DNA of 64,000 nucleotides from Mobula hypostoma (GCF_963921235.1 NC_086097.1:211422001-211486000); one strand, 5' to 3'; counted from the stretch's first letter, positions 24,751-37,971 are shown. Notes: generated by a model not told the origin, from the sequence alone. Translations and numbers: made by a program.

Positions 24751-25725
24751 ATGATGTCTAAGAACAAGAATAAAAAGTCCGCTTCGAAGGCTGATAAACA
24801 TAAAGAGATGCAGCAAGGCGACGGGCCTAGCTCCCCCACGGCAAGCCAGAACGGAGATAATGAGGGGGAATCGGTGACTCTGTCTTTGATTCTCAGAGAG
24901 ATTCGCGAGTTCCGACAAGATAACAGCAAACAGCTGGAAGATATTAAAGGAGAAATAGTAAAAACTAACTCGCGGATAGATGAAGCCGAAGCGAGGATTG
25001 TTGGAATTGAAGAGAAGCTACAAAACGCCGAGGAAGTGATAGCGGAAATGCTGAAGCTCCAGTGGAAACTAATAGATCAAGAAGGCCGCTCGAGAAGGGG
25101 AAATGTGAGGATCTGCGGAGTTCCCGAAGGAACCAAAGGTAAACTCGGATTGATGATTCCCTTCGTGGAGAAGCTGCTTAGAGAGAACCTTGATATACCA
25201 GCCGCAAAAGACCTACAGATAGAAAGGGCTCACCGCGCGTTGGCACCACAGCCTCCGGCAGGCGCCCAGCCCAGATCGATTCTGATCAGATTTCTCAGTT
25301 ACAGAATGAAGGAAGAGGTGCTTAAAAGAGCATGGAAAAAGAAAGGTTTCATGTGGAACAACTGCAAAATCAGTTTAGACCACGACTACGCACCGGGGAT
25401 TCTTGCCAGACGGAAGGAATATACGGAAACACGGAGAGTCCTGAAGGAAAACAACATCAGATTCCAGCCCCTGTATCCAGCTCGGCTGCGAGTCTTTTAC
25501 GACAAAGGGACAAAAACTTACGCTACGGTGGAGGAGGCAACGTTGGACCTGGCGGACCGGGGACTACCTATTAAAGTTATCACCCAACCGGAGTCGCTAC
25601 TGGAGAGGATTCGGCAGAAGTCGTGGCAGTTAGTGGGGCGAGGACGCTCCACTCGAACCAGAGTGTCAAACTACAAGGAAAAGCTGCAAATATTCAGACG
25701 CGAATGTACAGAGAATACAGATTAA
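24751..25725 (+). CDS. L1 ORF1p (coiled coil, RRM, CTD)
   Basis: 324 aa open frame: EGRSRRGNVRICGVPEG, IERAHR, PRSILIRF, LYPARLRV. Confidence 0.92.
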   Translation: MMSKNKNKKSASKADKHKEMQQGDGPSSPTASQNGDNEGESVTLSLILREIREFRQDNSKQLEDIKGEIVKTNSRIDEAEARIVGIEEKLQNAEEVIAEMLKLQWKLIDQEGRSRRGNVRICGVPEGTKGKLGLMIPFVEKLLRENLDIPAAKDLQIERAHRALAPQPPAGAQPRSILIRFLSYRMKEEVLKRAWKKKGFMWNNCKISLDHDYAPGILARRKEYTETRRVLKENNIRFQPLYPARLRVFYDKGTKTYATVEEATLDLADRGLPIKVITQPESLLERIRQKSWQLVGRGRSTRTRVSNYKEKLQIFRRECTENTD

Positions 25726-26099
25726 TTAAGAGAAATGACTGAAAAGAGTAAATCGGACTTAAAAGTAAAATGAAAACTGGTAACTGAAAATAAACTAGGC
25801 GGAATAACTTGAATGATAGCAATATGGTCGAGACATAAATAGGAGAAAATTCTCTATGATTATTCAAACTGCTGAGGGCCCTCTAACACAGGGTGAAGAT
25901 AGAGGTTATCCCTCTGAACTGAGGCGGGTCAGTGCTCAGGCCTCACTGTGGGAAATCGGGAAAAATTTTCAAATGTTATACGTTCAGAAATGTCTAGGGT
26001 GTGGTTATATGTCTTGGTTTACTGTTGAGAAGGGATTGCTTACTGTTTGGTTAGAAAAGGAGAGTGCTTTTTTTCTACTAGAGAAAACTGCAAACTGAA

Positions 26100-26921
26100 T
26101 TGGTAAAAATAATTTCCTATAATGTTAATGGGGTTTTGAATCCAATTAAAAGAAATAAGATTATGTCTAAATTGAAAAAAGAGAGGGCACAAATAGCTTT
26201 CCTCCAGGAAACACATATGAGCCAATCTGAACATGGAAAATTAAAAAGAATGGGCTTTAAGCATGTATTTTATTCATCATATAAATTGAGTCACAAAAGA
26301 GGGGTAGCTACTTTAATATCAAGTACTCTTAATTATGAACATATTTCAGAGACTAGAGACAAAGAAGGACGGTTTGTAAAAATCACAGGAAGAATAGAAG
26401 GTACAGAAATAACATTGCTGAATGTTTATGCTCCTCCAGGTAGTGAATGGTCATTTTATACACACATTTTTGACCTAATGGTCAGTTCTCGAGGGGTAGT
26501 AATTTGTGGAGGGGATTTTAATATTAGATTAAATCCTATATTAGATTCTTCAAGAATAGTTACTCAGAATAAACCTCTGACTCGGAAAGTGAATTCATTG
26601 ATGGAGGAGTTGGGAATTATAGATGTCTGGAGGGAATTACACCCTACTAGTAAAGATTATACATATTACTCTTTCCCTCATTCAGCCTATTCAAGGATAG
26701 ATTATTTCTTTATCTTTAATACAGATAGACTCAGGATAAAACACTGTAATATTGCAACAATTGATCTACCACCTACATTAGAAGATTGGTACGAAATTAT
26801 CTTGGAAATATTTAAAATGGAAAAGTTGACTTACTCCCTGAGAACTCAAAAAGAAACATTTTATCAAATCTGGAATAAATGGATTGAATATATAACCCCA
26901 ATGCGAGCAGACTTTAGATGA
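26100..26921 (+). CDS. L1 ORF2 remnant: APE endonuclease fused in frame to the ORF2 C-terminal tail; no RT
   Basis: SYNVNG, FLQETH, LNVYAP, GGDFN, YSRIDYF, then directly PPTLEDW...MEKLTY...IWNKW; no upstream ATG (CTG at 26088). Confidence 0.85.
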   Translation: MVKIISYNVNGVLNPIKRNKIMSKLKKERAQIAFLQETHMSQSEHGKLKRMGFKHVFYSSYKLSHKRGVATLISSTLNYEHISETRDKEGRFVKITGRIEGTEITLLNVYAPPGSEWSFYTHIFDLMVSSRGVVICGGDFNIRLNPILDSSRIVTQNKPLTRKVNSLMEELGIIDVWRELHPTSKDYTYYSFPHSAYSRIDYFFIFNTDRLRIKHCNIATIDLPPTLEDWYEIILEIFKMEKLTYSLRTQKETFYQIWNKWIEYITPMRADFR

Positions 26922-28567
26922 CTCTCCTAATGATTTATATTGCTCTTCTCATCAACACAGTAATATTGCTAACGTAAGCACCCCTAGTCTAAATGTTTGT
27001 TTTTTTTTTGGAAAATAGAGAATTAACACAAGTAAAGGGAAAGATTTGGGAAAGGGATAAAAAAAAGAAAAAAATTAAGTAAATAAGTACATAGGGATTG
27101 GATAATTATGTCTGCGGGCAGGAACAAGCACGAACAAATTGGGATATAAACACCTACAATGGTTGGTATATAGGCTTGTATGCAACATTTTGGACCAGTG
27201 GAAATGGTCCAGAAGGGTTGTATGGAAACTATTATTACCATTTTTCTTAACAACTAATTTCATTACTTAGCCTAATAGGTTAGATTTACCACAGTACATA
27301 ATTTTCTATTTAAATGTTTATTTTCCTTTTATAACATCTCAATGTGTACTTAAGAATGTATAAATAATTGTAGTTTTATACATATAAAAAAATGGAAAAG
27401 GTTATATGTGTGAAAAAAGTACATGATAATTGTGAATTCCTTGTCCAAATAAAAATAAAATTTAAAAAAAAGAAAAATGCGATGATGGCAGATTGTAACT
27501 ATATCCCTGTTAATCAGGTTAAATCTCTCAACTGAAATTACGCTACACTAATAAAAATAACAAAGTAGAAATGCTACATTTTATTAGTTATTACTTTAAT
27601 GAACTGGATCCTTCTGCAAAACTGATCGAGTACCATTGTAAGTTGGTAATCAGTGCTTCCAAAATTAAATGCAAAAGTTTTTATTTACTGCAAGTTATAT
27701 GTATTTAATTTTCAGATCCAAAACATGATTTGTTGTTTTGATTTTTTAGATAGTGCTCATCATTGCTTCATCTATTTTGCACTCTTTGCATTACTGAAGA
27801 TAGCAATCTTTTTCAAAGGACAGGCATGCAAACAGTATGGAGAATGGAGTTATCACACTGATGCAACAGAAACTACACCTCTGCGAATGGGGATTCAGTC
27901 TTTTTGATGGCTTTATTGGATAGTATAAGCGATTGATACAGTGCTTGTGTCAGTTTCCTTGCATTAATGTTCGTGATTTTGATGAGTGGTGACATAGCAG
28001 AAAGAAAGGCGTACTTTAATTTACTCACCAAAAAATATTGGAAAGCTCAGTTTTCCAAATAAACAAGTGACAGGAAATAATGGATATTTGGGAATGATTA
28101 CAACACTGCATTCTAATTAGTCAGTTCACTCGAGTAAAGCTTCAGCATGTGCAACTGATGTCTCAACTTAACAACAAAACTGATATCCAGAAAATATGCC
28201 AGGATAACTATTTTTTGATAAAATGTTTATAAAGCTTTTCTGTTCCATTTAAGATTAACATTCATTCACATCCAGCTGATATTTAGTTGTGTGGCCACGA
28301 TAGGATGTATTGCATTTTAAAAAAAGATATCTCAATACTTCAGAGATAATTATTTACACAATTACATGAAATGCCACTGAGGAATAATAATTCCATTTTA
28401 AGATTACATATCAAAGGTAAATTAATCTCTTTCCAAGTTTAACTGAAGTCCTTCAAGAAACTTTCAAATCACTTGGCTACAAAACCACAGGGAGGAGTTT
28501 AAGAGGAGATTTCATGCATATAATTAGATTGTTCTGTTAGTTTATGAAGTATTTTGGTGAATTGCAG

Positions 28568-28835
28568 TATTTATTTATTTAGTGATACAGTGCAGAATAG
28601 GCCCTCCCTGCCCTGTAAGTCACAGTGCTCCAACAACCATGCAACCACGATTAATCTTAACCTTTACAATGATCAATTAACCTACCTGGTATGTCTTGGG
28701 ACTGTAGGAAGAAACCGGGGCACCCTGGGAAAATATACGCATTCCATGAGGAGGACGTACAGAGACTCCTGACAGAACCGCTCCAGAATTGCAGTATCAT
28801 CCCGGTAACTGCTAGGCTCCCGTGGCACCCCAGTA
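28568..28835 (-). mobile_element. HE1/V-type SINE
   Basis: V-domain-like core (gtacgtcctcctcatgga...ggtttcttcctacagtcccaagacatac on the - strand) and a CR1-like tail. Confidence 0.7.
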
Positions 28836-29269
28836 TAAGATTGTCTGAATAGAAAGAAACTAACAACAAACAAATGTTTCATCAGTACTTGGTTACTCTT
28901 TACATAGTAGTCAGTGTCTTCATGGTCTTTATTCTGACTCTGGTTGGTAAAAAAGATTGATTTGTTTGTGTTCTTCCAGGTCACCAGTTTACAATTTTGA
29001 GCTGAGCCTCCCTTTGGTTTAAAACTTTTGGTTTTGCCCCTCTTTAATATGGACAAAAATAGACAAGTACAAATGCATATTTAACAGTCTATCTGTTTAC
29101 ATACCTGGACCCGAGACACTACCATCACATTTCCATCAAAGTCACTGATACGGCTTTGGCTGCTCCTCTTTTGGAAGAACATGCAACAGGTGCTTCTCCT
29201 GAATCCATACTGAGATTGTGTTAATTATATACCAGCTTCCTGTCCCACATGTATTTAAATAGAGACACA

Positions 29270-29700
29270 TACTGTACAGTTGTACAGCCCTTCAGCCCAA
29301 CTCATTTATGCAAACAAGGTGCTTACCTAGCTAATCCCATTTGCCTACATTCATCTCATTTCCCTCTAAATCTTTCCCATCCATGTCCCTGTCTAAATAT
29401 TATCTGAGAATTGTACTTGTACTAGCCTCTACCAACTTTTAGACAGCTCATTTGATGTACTCACCAACTTCTATGTGAGAAACTTACCATTCAGGTCCCC
29501 TCTCACCTTAAACCTATGCTCCCTCTTTTTAGATTCCTCTACCCTGCAAAATCAGCTGCAACTATCTACCATATCTGTGGCCCTCATGGTTTGATAACCC
29601 TCAATATGATTACCTCTCAGCCTCTTTCACTCAAGGCAAACCAGTCAGAGCCTATCCAATCTCTCTTTATCACTCAAACCCTCCAATCCAGATAACATTC
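29270..29700 (-). mobile_element. Old CR1 3' fragment
   Basis: Degenerate CR1 C-terminal and 3' UTR sequence. Confidence 0.6.
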
Positions 29701-32700
29701 CCGTGAACAAACAAGAGAAAATCTGCAGATGCTTAGGCGATCAGTGTGTAACTGCTCCAACACTTTAGCTCTCAACTTGAATGGTACAACAACTCTCAAT
29801 CCCCACAAAAGACAGCCCCCATCAAGGGTAAATTCACCCAATTGCCAGCTAAAATGGGGGAACTGGAATTTCTGCTACACATTCCATCCATTTTGGTTGG
29901 CCATGTAGAGCTGAGAGAGTGTGGGGTCTTTTCTGGTTTCCCTTTGATTCATCTCTGCCGTAATAGGGAGACTTTCAATTTGCATTTGGGAGAATACCTC
30001 AAGAGGAGTGTCCTCCTTTGTAATTTTTTTTAGGTATTTTCCTTTCCAAGGGTGACAGGAAAATCCATCAGCATTTTCATAATTTAGTTGTCCTTTTGAA
30101 TTCAACCTTGTAATTGTTTCCTCCAAGAAGCAAAACCTATCTTTGCTGCTGCTGTTAGTGAAACACCCATCTGTGGATTGAAAGTGGGCACTGATGGTTG
30201 ATGGTCAGAAATGAGGATAAACTCTCTCCCATACAAGTACTGGGTGAAATGTTTTACACCCCAAACCAAACTCAAGGTCTCTCTGACAATCTATGCATAA
30301 TTTTTCTTGGTAGTGGAAAGAGAACATAATGCAAAGGCATTATGGAGCATTCAATTCCATCACTCGTAACATGTGACATTTCCTTTTCCTTTTTGAAAGC
30401 TACCTCACACTGCTTTGTCCATTGCCATTTCTTCCCGATCTGCAGTAACGAGTTCAAGGGATGGAGCACGGTAGCCCGGTTTAGCAGGAACCTGTTATAG
30501 TCATTGACATGCACTATAAAGAACCACAGCTGTGACATGTACTTTGGCCTTGGGGCATCCAACACTGCTTGAATTTTTTCAGCACCCTTGTGTAAATCTT
30601 GTGCGTCAAAGGTGTGATTACAGTAAGTGATGCTTGGTTTAAAGAATTCATACTTGTTGCAAAGTGCTCTGAGCCCATAATCTTCCAATCTTTTTAACAC
30701 TGCCTTGAGATTTTGGAGATGTTCTTTATCATCTAAGTAACACTGAGTGCTTGGGTAACCTTAGTAGCACCTGGTCCATAGTTTTCTGCCAGAGTGCAGG
30801 TGCAGATGCTACTCCAAAAATTAGCCCATTATAGTGATAAAGCCCTTTGTGAGTGTTCATGGTGAGAAAAACTTTGGACTCTTCTTCCATCTCTATCCGT
30901 AGGTAGGCCTCACCTAAGTCCACTTTGCTGAATTGTTTTCCTCCAGAAAGGTTTGCAAAGATATGCACTATCCTGGGCAAAGGGTATGGATTTACTTTCA
31001 GTACCAGTTTGATGGTTACCTTAAAATTACCACAGATCCTAACAGACCCATTCTTCTTGGCTACTGGGACCACTAGCGTTGCCCAAGGGCTCGACTCAAT
31101 CTTGGAAAGAATCCCTTCACCCTCCATGTGCTCTAGCTCACTGGCTACTTTATCAATGATAGTATAAGGAGCTGGATGGGCTTTCTAAAACATTGGCATG
31201 GCATTTTCATTAAACGCTATGTTACCCTTGATACGGTATGCTTGAGTTTTCCAATGCCATCCTTGAACACTGCTGTGGCATCAACCAGTACCTTCCTTAA
31301 TTCCGTTTCAGTTGACTCGATTGCAAGGGATGTGTCATGCTATTGGTAAATGGATCTCCAATCAAGTTGTAGCTGTCTCGGCCACTCATGGTCCCACAAC
31401 GCTGTCCCCTCTGTTTTTACCACATACAAGCTCAATGTGGCTTGTTGGTTGTTGTATTTCTCTGGTACAAGTGCCATTCAGGGATTCATCTTCAGGTCTG
31501 AATGAGTATGCCACAGCTGTCACTGACTTCATTAAAACCTGTGTTGATGAGTGTGTGCCCTATGAGAACATACTGTACAGACCCAAATGAAAAGCTGTGG
31601 ATGAACCAGGAGGTTCGAAGTCTGCTGAGGGCTGGACCTCTAGCATTCAAGTCTGGCGACCCAGGTCTGCAGAAGAAAACCAGGTACAATCTGCGAAGGG
31701 CTATCTCAAAGAGATAAAGGAACAATTTTGAATGAGGTTGGAGGCAAAATCAGATGCACATCAAGTCTGGCAGGGTCTGCAGGCTATTATTTCCTAAATT
31801 CAAAACATAACATCATGAACGGCTGTGATACTTCACTCCCAGATGAGCTCAAAGCCTTTTACGCTCACTTTGAAAAGGAGAATAAAAATATGGTTATGAG
31901 GATCCTTGCAGCAGACAGTGACTCTGTGATCTCTGTCTCAGAAGCCAACATCAGGCCTGTCTTTCAACAGAGTCAACTCTCACAAGGTGACAGGCTCTGA
32001 TAGAGTATCTGCTAGGGCTCTCCAAACCTATGCCAACGAACTGGCATGGGTGTTCAAAGACATTTTAAATCTGTCATTGGTACATTCAGAAGTTCCTACC
32101 TGCTTTAGAAGGGAAACAAATATACCTGTGCCCAAGAAGAGCAGGGTGAACTGCCTACAGCGATAAAGTGCTTTGAGAGGTTGGTTATGGCTAGAAGTAA
32201 CTCCTGTCTCAGCAAGGACCTGAACCCATTGCAATTTGCCTATTGCCACAACGGGCCTACAATGGATATGATCTCACTGGGCCTTCACACAGCCTTAGAT
32301 CACCTGGATGATACAAGTACCAAGCAACACACACAAAATGCTGGAAGAACTCAGCAGGACAGGCAGCATCTATGGAAAAGAGTACACAGTCAGCATTTTG
32401 AGCCAAGACCCTTCATCTTTTTCATAGATGCTGCCTGGCCTGCTGAGTTCCTCCAGCATTTTGTGTGTGTTTCTTGGATTTCCAGCATCTACTGAATTTT
32501 TTTTTGTCTTTATGCTAATACAAATACATATGTCAGGATGCTGTTTATTGACAACAGCTCAGCATATAACATGATCATTCCTAAAATACTGATTGAAAAG
32601 CTCCAGAACTTGGGCCTCTGTACCTCACTTTGCAACTGGATTCCTGACTTTCTAACTGGAAGACCACAACCTGTGCCGATCAGAGATAACATCTCCACCT

Positions 32701-32767
32701 CGCTGACAATCCGCACTGGCGCACCTCGGGGATGTGTGCTTAGCCCACTCCTCTACTCTGTCTACAC

Positions 32768-34468
32768 TAGTGGTCACCAACCTTTTTAAGCCCAAGATCT
32801 CCTACCTCCACTTTAGTGAAAGGCAAGATCTACCTACTAAATCGTTTAGAGAAAAACAGCTCAGATTGTACTTCCAACTTGAGGCCTTTTATTTGGGCTA
32901 ATTGTATTTGAATTACACAAAATACTTCTGTCAAACTTACAAATTAATTCAAACAAGAAAACACTGTAACTAGCATATCAAACAGGCCATAGCTGTCTTT
33001 CTTTAAGAATATTACAATACTTCACACCTTTAATTCTAATTATTATTTAATTTTATTTCAACACCAAAATAAATGAATAAAAATTGACTGTTGCACTCAG
33101 TGTGATGACTGGGGCTGAATAGTTTCTGCTAGTTCCCTGAAATTTGGCTCATAACTACAGACAGCCAGTCTGAGACAGTCCATGAGGTGTCTGCCAGTAA
33201 GACAGCTCCTGTACTTAGATTTAATAATTTTCATCTGTGAAAATGCAATTTCACATAGATAAGTTGACCCGAAGTGGGCACTGACTTTTAGTGCTATAAA
33301 ACCAAAGCGCACACCACACATTGCAGGAGCCCCATCAGTTGTATTGCCAGCAGTTTATGAATGGGGATGTCATTTTCACGGACATATTTTTTAAACTCAT
33401 TGTAAATATCCTCACCTCTCATTCTCTCTTTTAATTGCAAAAGAGTGAGGAAGTCCTCCTTTGTTGTAAAATCCTGGAAAGCCATTCTGACAAATACAAG
33501 AAGCTGAGCTGCTTGCATTACATCCAGGGATTCATCGAACTGTAGTGAAAAATATTCCCAGAGGGACAAGTCCTTTAACACTTGTTGATCCACGTCCTCT
33601 GACGGCGACTCTACCCTCCTTGTCACTGTTGCAGGTCCAAGCGGTATATTATGTATTGCGGTTGTGATGTCGTTTTTGTTTTTAAAGTCATTAAAAACAG
33701 TCCCTGCGGTAATGGCCATTGCTTCCTTGAATAAATCGCCATCTGTAAAAGGCTCCTTGTGTTTAGCCAAAAGGTGACTTACACGAAATGATGCTTCAAT
33801 AGCAGCCTTACTTTGAGCAAAATGTTTTGTGAAAAATGATTGCTGGGCCTTGAACCCCGATTTCAGCTCATCAACTTTCCTGGCACGAATTGCGCTCTTT
33901 GGGGGGTAGGTGTCTTTAAATTCCTGGTGGTTGGTGTTGTGGTGCCGCTCCAGATTCCCTCTTTTAGTCAGTCCTTGTGTTTGGTGGCACAACATACATA
34001 CACACTTGTCTTTCACCAAGGTAAATAGAAATTCCTCTTCCCATTCTGGATGGAATTTGTACGTTTTCACCTTCTTTCGTGGAGCCTCTACTATGCTATC
34101 AGGATATCACGAGTAAGTGCCGTATATTGATGTTTGCAACAGTCTGTACTCTTATCTAATCTAATTGGTCACTTTGATGCAGCACAGGCTACGCTGAAAA
34201 CGCGGTGCATGGCGGGAGAGCTACACACATGCGCACTGGGCAGAAAGAACCGAACTAAAACTCCGCAACCCTGAAACAATCTCTCTTTACAAACAGCTCT
34301 CAGTAGCGAAAGTATTGCTGTATTACCATTATCCGAATTCATATTACTTATTTTTATAACGTTCACATTACAACAGTATTTGTGTATTTATTTTTGATTT
34401 TTCGGGATCTACTGGGAAAGTCTCAAAGATTGACTGGTCGATTGCGATCAACGGGTTGGCGACCACTA
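32768..34468 (-). mobile_element. hAT (Charlie/SPIN-like, GTF2IRD2-family) DNA transposon, internally deleted
   Basis: TIRs tagtggtc(a/g)ccaacc; perfect 8 bp TSD gtctacac (32760-32767 and 34469-34476). Confidence 0.95.
33097..34070 (-). pseudogene. hAT transposase remnant (N-terminal part joined to the dimerisation domain)
   Basis: FHPEWEEEF..CVCMLC..NLERHH, KEPFTDG, FSLQFDES; then FGSTYLCEIAFSQMKIIKSKYRS; central catalytic region missing. Confidence 0.88.
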
Positions 34469-35399
34469 GTCTACACCCATGATTGTGTGGCTGGGCACTG
34501 TTCAAGTGCCATCTATAAATTTGCTGATGATACAAGTATTGTTGGCAGAATTTCAGATGATGACGAGAAGGCATACAGGAGTGAGATATATCAGCTATTT
34601 GAGTGGAGTCACCGCAACAACCTTTTACTCAACATTCCTAAGACCAAAGTCTTATCTTTTCTCCATTATAAGTTCTTATTTGGATATCTGCAGGCTTAAG
34701 TTCCGTACCTTTGAAATACCATTCAAACTCATTTTGTGGAATGACTGAAACAGCCGAAACACTATCCAATTCCAATTTAATTAATTTTCCACTCACTTCA
34801 GGTGTAAGACATATTGCTTGTCTATCGTTAATTTTCACATTGTAAATCTTAAGACTACTCGGTCCTGTGTTAAACTCATCATTATCAGGTTTTTTTAATC
34901 AACAACATGCAGATTAGTGTTCTTTTTGAAACTTACAACTTGACTTTTTCTCTTCCCTGCACAGTCAATTTATTTTTGTCTGCCCGGTGTGTTCTTTGTA
35001 TGTGTTCTACTTCATTAAATTTTCTGCAGGTTTCACCTTTAAATCTACATTGGTCTGGTGTGTGAGCCCCTGCTACAACAGTAATACAATTTGTTTGGCC
35101 AGGCAGGAATCCATCTGGATGCTGCAGTTTTGTTCATGTTGACTTTCATTCCTGATTGCAACTCAGTTGTCTCTCTATCTGCATTTTCCATTGATAAAGT
35201 GACTTCAACTGCTCTTTTGAATGTGAGTTGTGCTTCAGGCAGAAGCCATTTTTGAATGCTTTCTTGTAAGCTTCCACCATCTAAGTGATCTCTCCGAGCA
35301 CCATTAAGCTCATCACTGAACTAACAATGCTCACATAATTTCTTCAATTCAGCCACTTAAGGCGAAATGGACTCCCCTTCCTTTTGATTCTGCTTGAGG

Positions 35400-35600
35400 A
35401 AATACATTTTCACACAGAGGGCTGTGGTTCTGTGGAATGCTCTGCCTCAGAAGGCAGTGGCCAATTCTCTGGATGCTTTCAGGGAAGAGTTAGATAGTGC
35501 TCTTAAAGATAGTGGAGTGAAGGGATATGGGGAGAAGGCAGGAAAAGGGTACTGATTGTGGACGATCAGCCATGATCACAGTGAATGGCGGTGCTGGCCT
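35400..35600 (+). mobile_element. CR1 3' end
   Basis: FTQRAVVLWNALPQKAV and CR1 3' UTR. Confidence 0.8.
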
Positions 35601-35619
35601 TGCATGGGGTACCTTATCA

Positions 35620-36460
35620 AATGCCTGTATACCCATGACTGTGTCACCACCCACAGCTCCAGTCTGCTAATTAAATTTGCCGATGACACTACATTGATTG
35701 GCCTTATCTCAAGCAATAACGAGGTGGCCTATAGGGAAGAAGTCATCTCTCTGACACAGTGGTGTCAAGAAAACAACCTCTCCCTCACTGTCGCAAAAAC
35801 AAAGGAGCTAGCTGTGGATTACAGGAGGACAGGCTAACCCCTATTGGCATGAATGGATCTGGGGTTGAGAGGGTAAACAGCTTTAAGTTCCCCGGCATCC
35901 GCATCATCGTGGACCTCACGTGGTCTATACATTTCAGCTGTGTGGCGAAAAAGGCACAACAGTGACTCTTTCACCTCAGACAGTTGAGGAAGCTGGTATG
36001 GTCCCCAAATCCTAAGAACTTTCTACAGCTTCCTGACTGGCTGAAACACAGCCTGGTATGGGAACTGTACCTCCCTTAGTCACAGGACTCTGCAGAGAGT
36101 GGTGCAGACAGCCCAGCGCATCCGTAGTTGTGAACTTCCCATGATTCAGGATATTTACACAGACAGGTGTATAAAAAAGGCCCGTAGGATCATTGGGGAC
36201 CCGAGTCACTCCAACCACAATTTATTCTAGCTGCTACCATCTGGGAAATGGTACCGCAGCATAAAAGCCAGGACCAACAGGCTCCGGGACAGCTTCTTCC
36301 ACCAGGCCATCAGACTGATTAACTCACGCTGATTTGAGTGTATTCTATGTTACATTGACTGTTCTATTTATTATAAATTAATATGCACATTTAGACAGAG
36401 ACGTAATGTAAAGATTTTTACCTCATGTTTGTGAAGGATGTAAGAAATAAAGTCAATTCT
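35620..36460 (+). mobile_element. Rex1/Babar LINE 3' part
   Basis: LYTHDCV...IKFADDTT..GLI, WCQENNL, KKAQQ. Confidence 0.88.
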
Positions 36461-36819
36461 TGGTAATGGCAACTGGACACTATTCTACCTCCTAACATGC
36501 TTGAACTTCCGGCATACTACTAGTGTCTCCCACAGTGAAGACTGACGTAAAATACTTAGTCAGTTTGTCTGTCATTTCCATATCCCCCATTACTACCTCT
36601 CTAGCATCATTTTTCAGTGGTCCGATATCCACTCTCACTTCTCTCTTACACTTCATGTATCTGAAGAAACTTTTGGTACATTCTTTAATATTATTGTTGT
36701 AGTGGCATAGTGACATATGCCATTCACGAACTTTTACCCATAACCTGTAATAAATTATGTAAACAACAAAGAATGCTTAACCAAACAATATATTTACGAT
36801 ATTACTGAAATATTATTTT

Positions 36820-37400
36820 TATGTCAAGTGGTTGGCGTCCATCTGTCTCGAAGGACAATGGGTGATGATCATTACCACAAGCCTTGAGGTGCCCAGTCAT
36901 CACAATCCCCCTCTCGGCCTCGCCAGTGTAATCCAAAGGAAAGCTTATGAAGCAATACGTTTGGTACCAGCTTGTTTGCAGGAGCTGCCAGAAGGATGTT
37001 TAATGGAGTCTAGCTGCCTTAGGGGCTCCACTCCCTATTTGCTGTCTGGCTTTCCTCCCCTAGACCTTCATCTCTCCCAAGGCTGCCCACAAGACAGTGG
37101 GACTATTTATCCACAGATGGGGACCTGGTCCACGAGCACCAGGGCGTGTCCACACTCCCGTGGGCCTGCGTGTTACATATGCAGAGGCCAGACCTCTTCC
37201 CTGTCCTCTGTAGTTCAGCCTGAGTCCGAAAGCTTTCCATGTGTCGCCAGCAAGGAGGCATTACCTGAGGCTTGCGGTTGGAGAGGCTATGGACTGGCAG
37301 GGAGAGACTTACACATTCAGCTCTCCTTTTCACAAGACTGCTAGCCAGTGGTGAAAGCTGAAAATGAGAGTGACAAGCTCTACCCACTGCACTATCACAC
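36820..37400 (-). mobile_element. RTE-related non-autonomous retroposon/SINE
   Basis: The - strand 3' end ccattgtccttcgagacagatggacgcc resembles RTE 3' termini; no credible ORF. Confidence 0.5.
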
Positions 37401-37971
37401 TAGACAATCATAACAACCATTTTGACACCATGTCAAGTACACAATCCTCTCCTCAATGCTACAGCTGATGAAGCAAGCATGCTATAGAACTTCTTCACTA
37501 CTCTATTTGTATCATGTCTTTCAAGCTACTATGTGTTATGTTACTTCTGTTTAAAAGTACCATGGGTTAACAGTAAAGAATCATATTTCTGGAAGAATTA
37601 AAGAACTTTTATTTACAGTAGTAAACAAACATGTCTCAATCCGCCCACGTGCTGAAACATTCTAGCAAACCCTACGCGTGCTCAGTGCTGTCCAATCAGG
37701 TACTGGCACATCATTGCACGTGGTATCGCCACATCTTCCCTTCTGTAAAAAGAAAAACAATTAACAACATTAATCAAAGCAAATACATAATTCAACTAGT
37801 CTCCATCAGTCTCTCTAGGGGTTTACGAACACGAGTAGACCTTCTAAGTGGTACACACACATCTTGTGTTTCCTTGTTATTATTTACATGATTTGTCTCG
37901 TCTGCATCAGTTAACTGAATCTCTGAAGAATCACATCTTCTTTTCCTCAAAAAGAAAAACAAGTAACAACA

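Larger units (their letters stand above)
24621..27471 (+). mobile_element. L1 element with both ends intact but RT deleted internally
   Basis: Flanking direct repeat gaaaaatgcgatgatgg at 24604-24620 and 27472-27488; (g)acttccgg...atggcggcg 5' end; AATAAA plus A tail. Confidence 0.93.
31468..34650 (+). mobile_element. Rex1/Babar LINE internal fragment, itself interrupted by a Penelope-derived unit (about 32320-32510) and a hAT
   Basis: [38 protein letters not shown]...KFADDT. Confidence 0.88.
29735..35400 (-). mobile_element. Degenerate Gypsy (Mag-like) gag-pol: gag/PR at about 34650-35400, RT/RNase H at about 29735-31465; interrupted by Rex1
   Basis: SPWATLVVPVAKKNGSVRICGNFKVT, YPLPRI, FSKVDL, FGVASAPALWQ; protease-like LELDSVSAVSVI; gag knuckle remnants. 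Confidence 0.88.

Noticed and set aside
28682..29240. Possible host coding exons on the - strand
   Set aside because: There is a donor-like site at about 29104, but no recognisable protein, and the ORF runs into a SINE.
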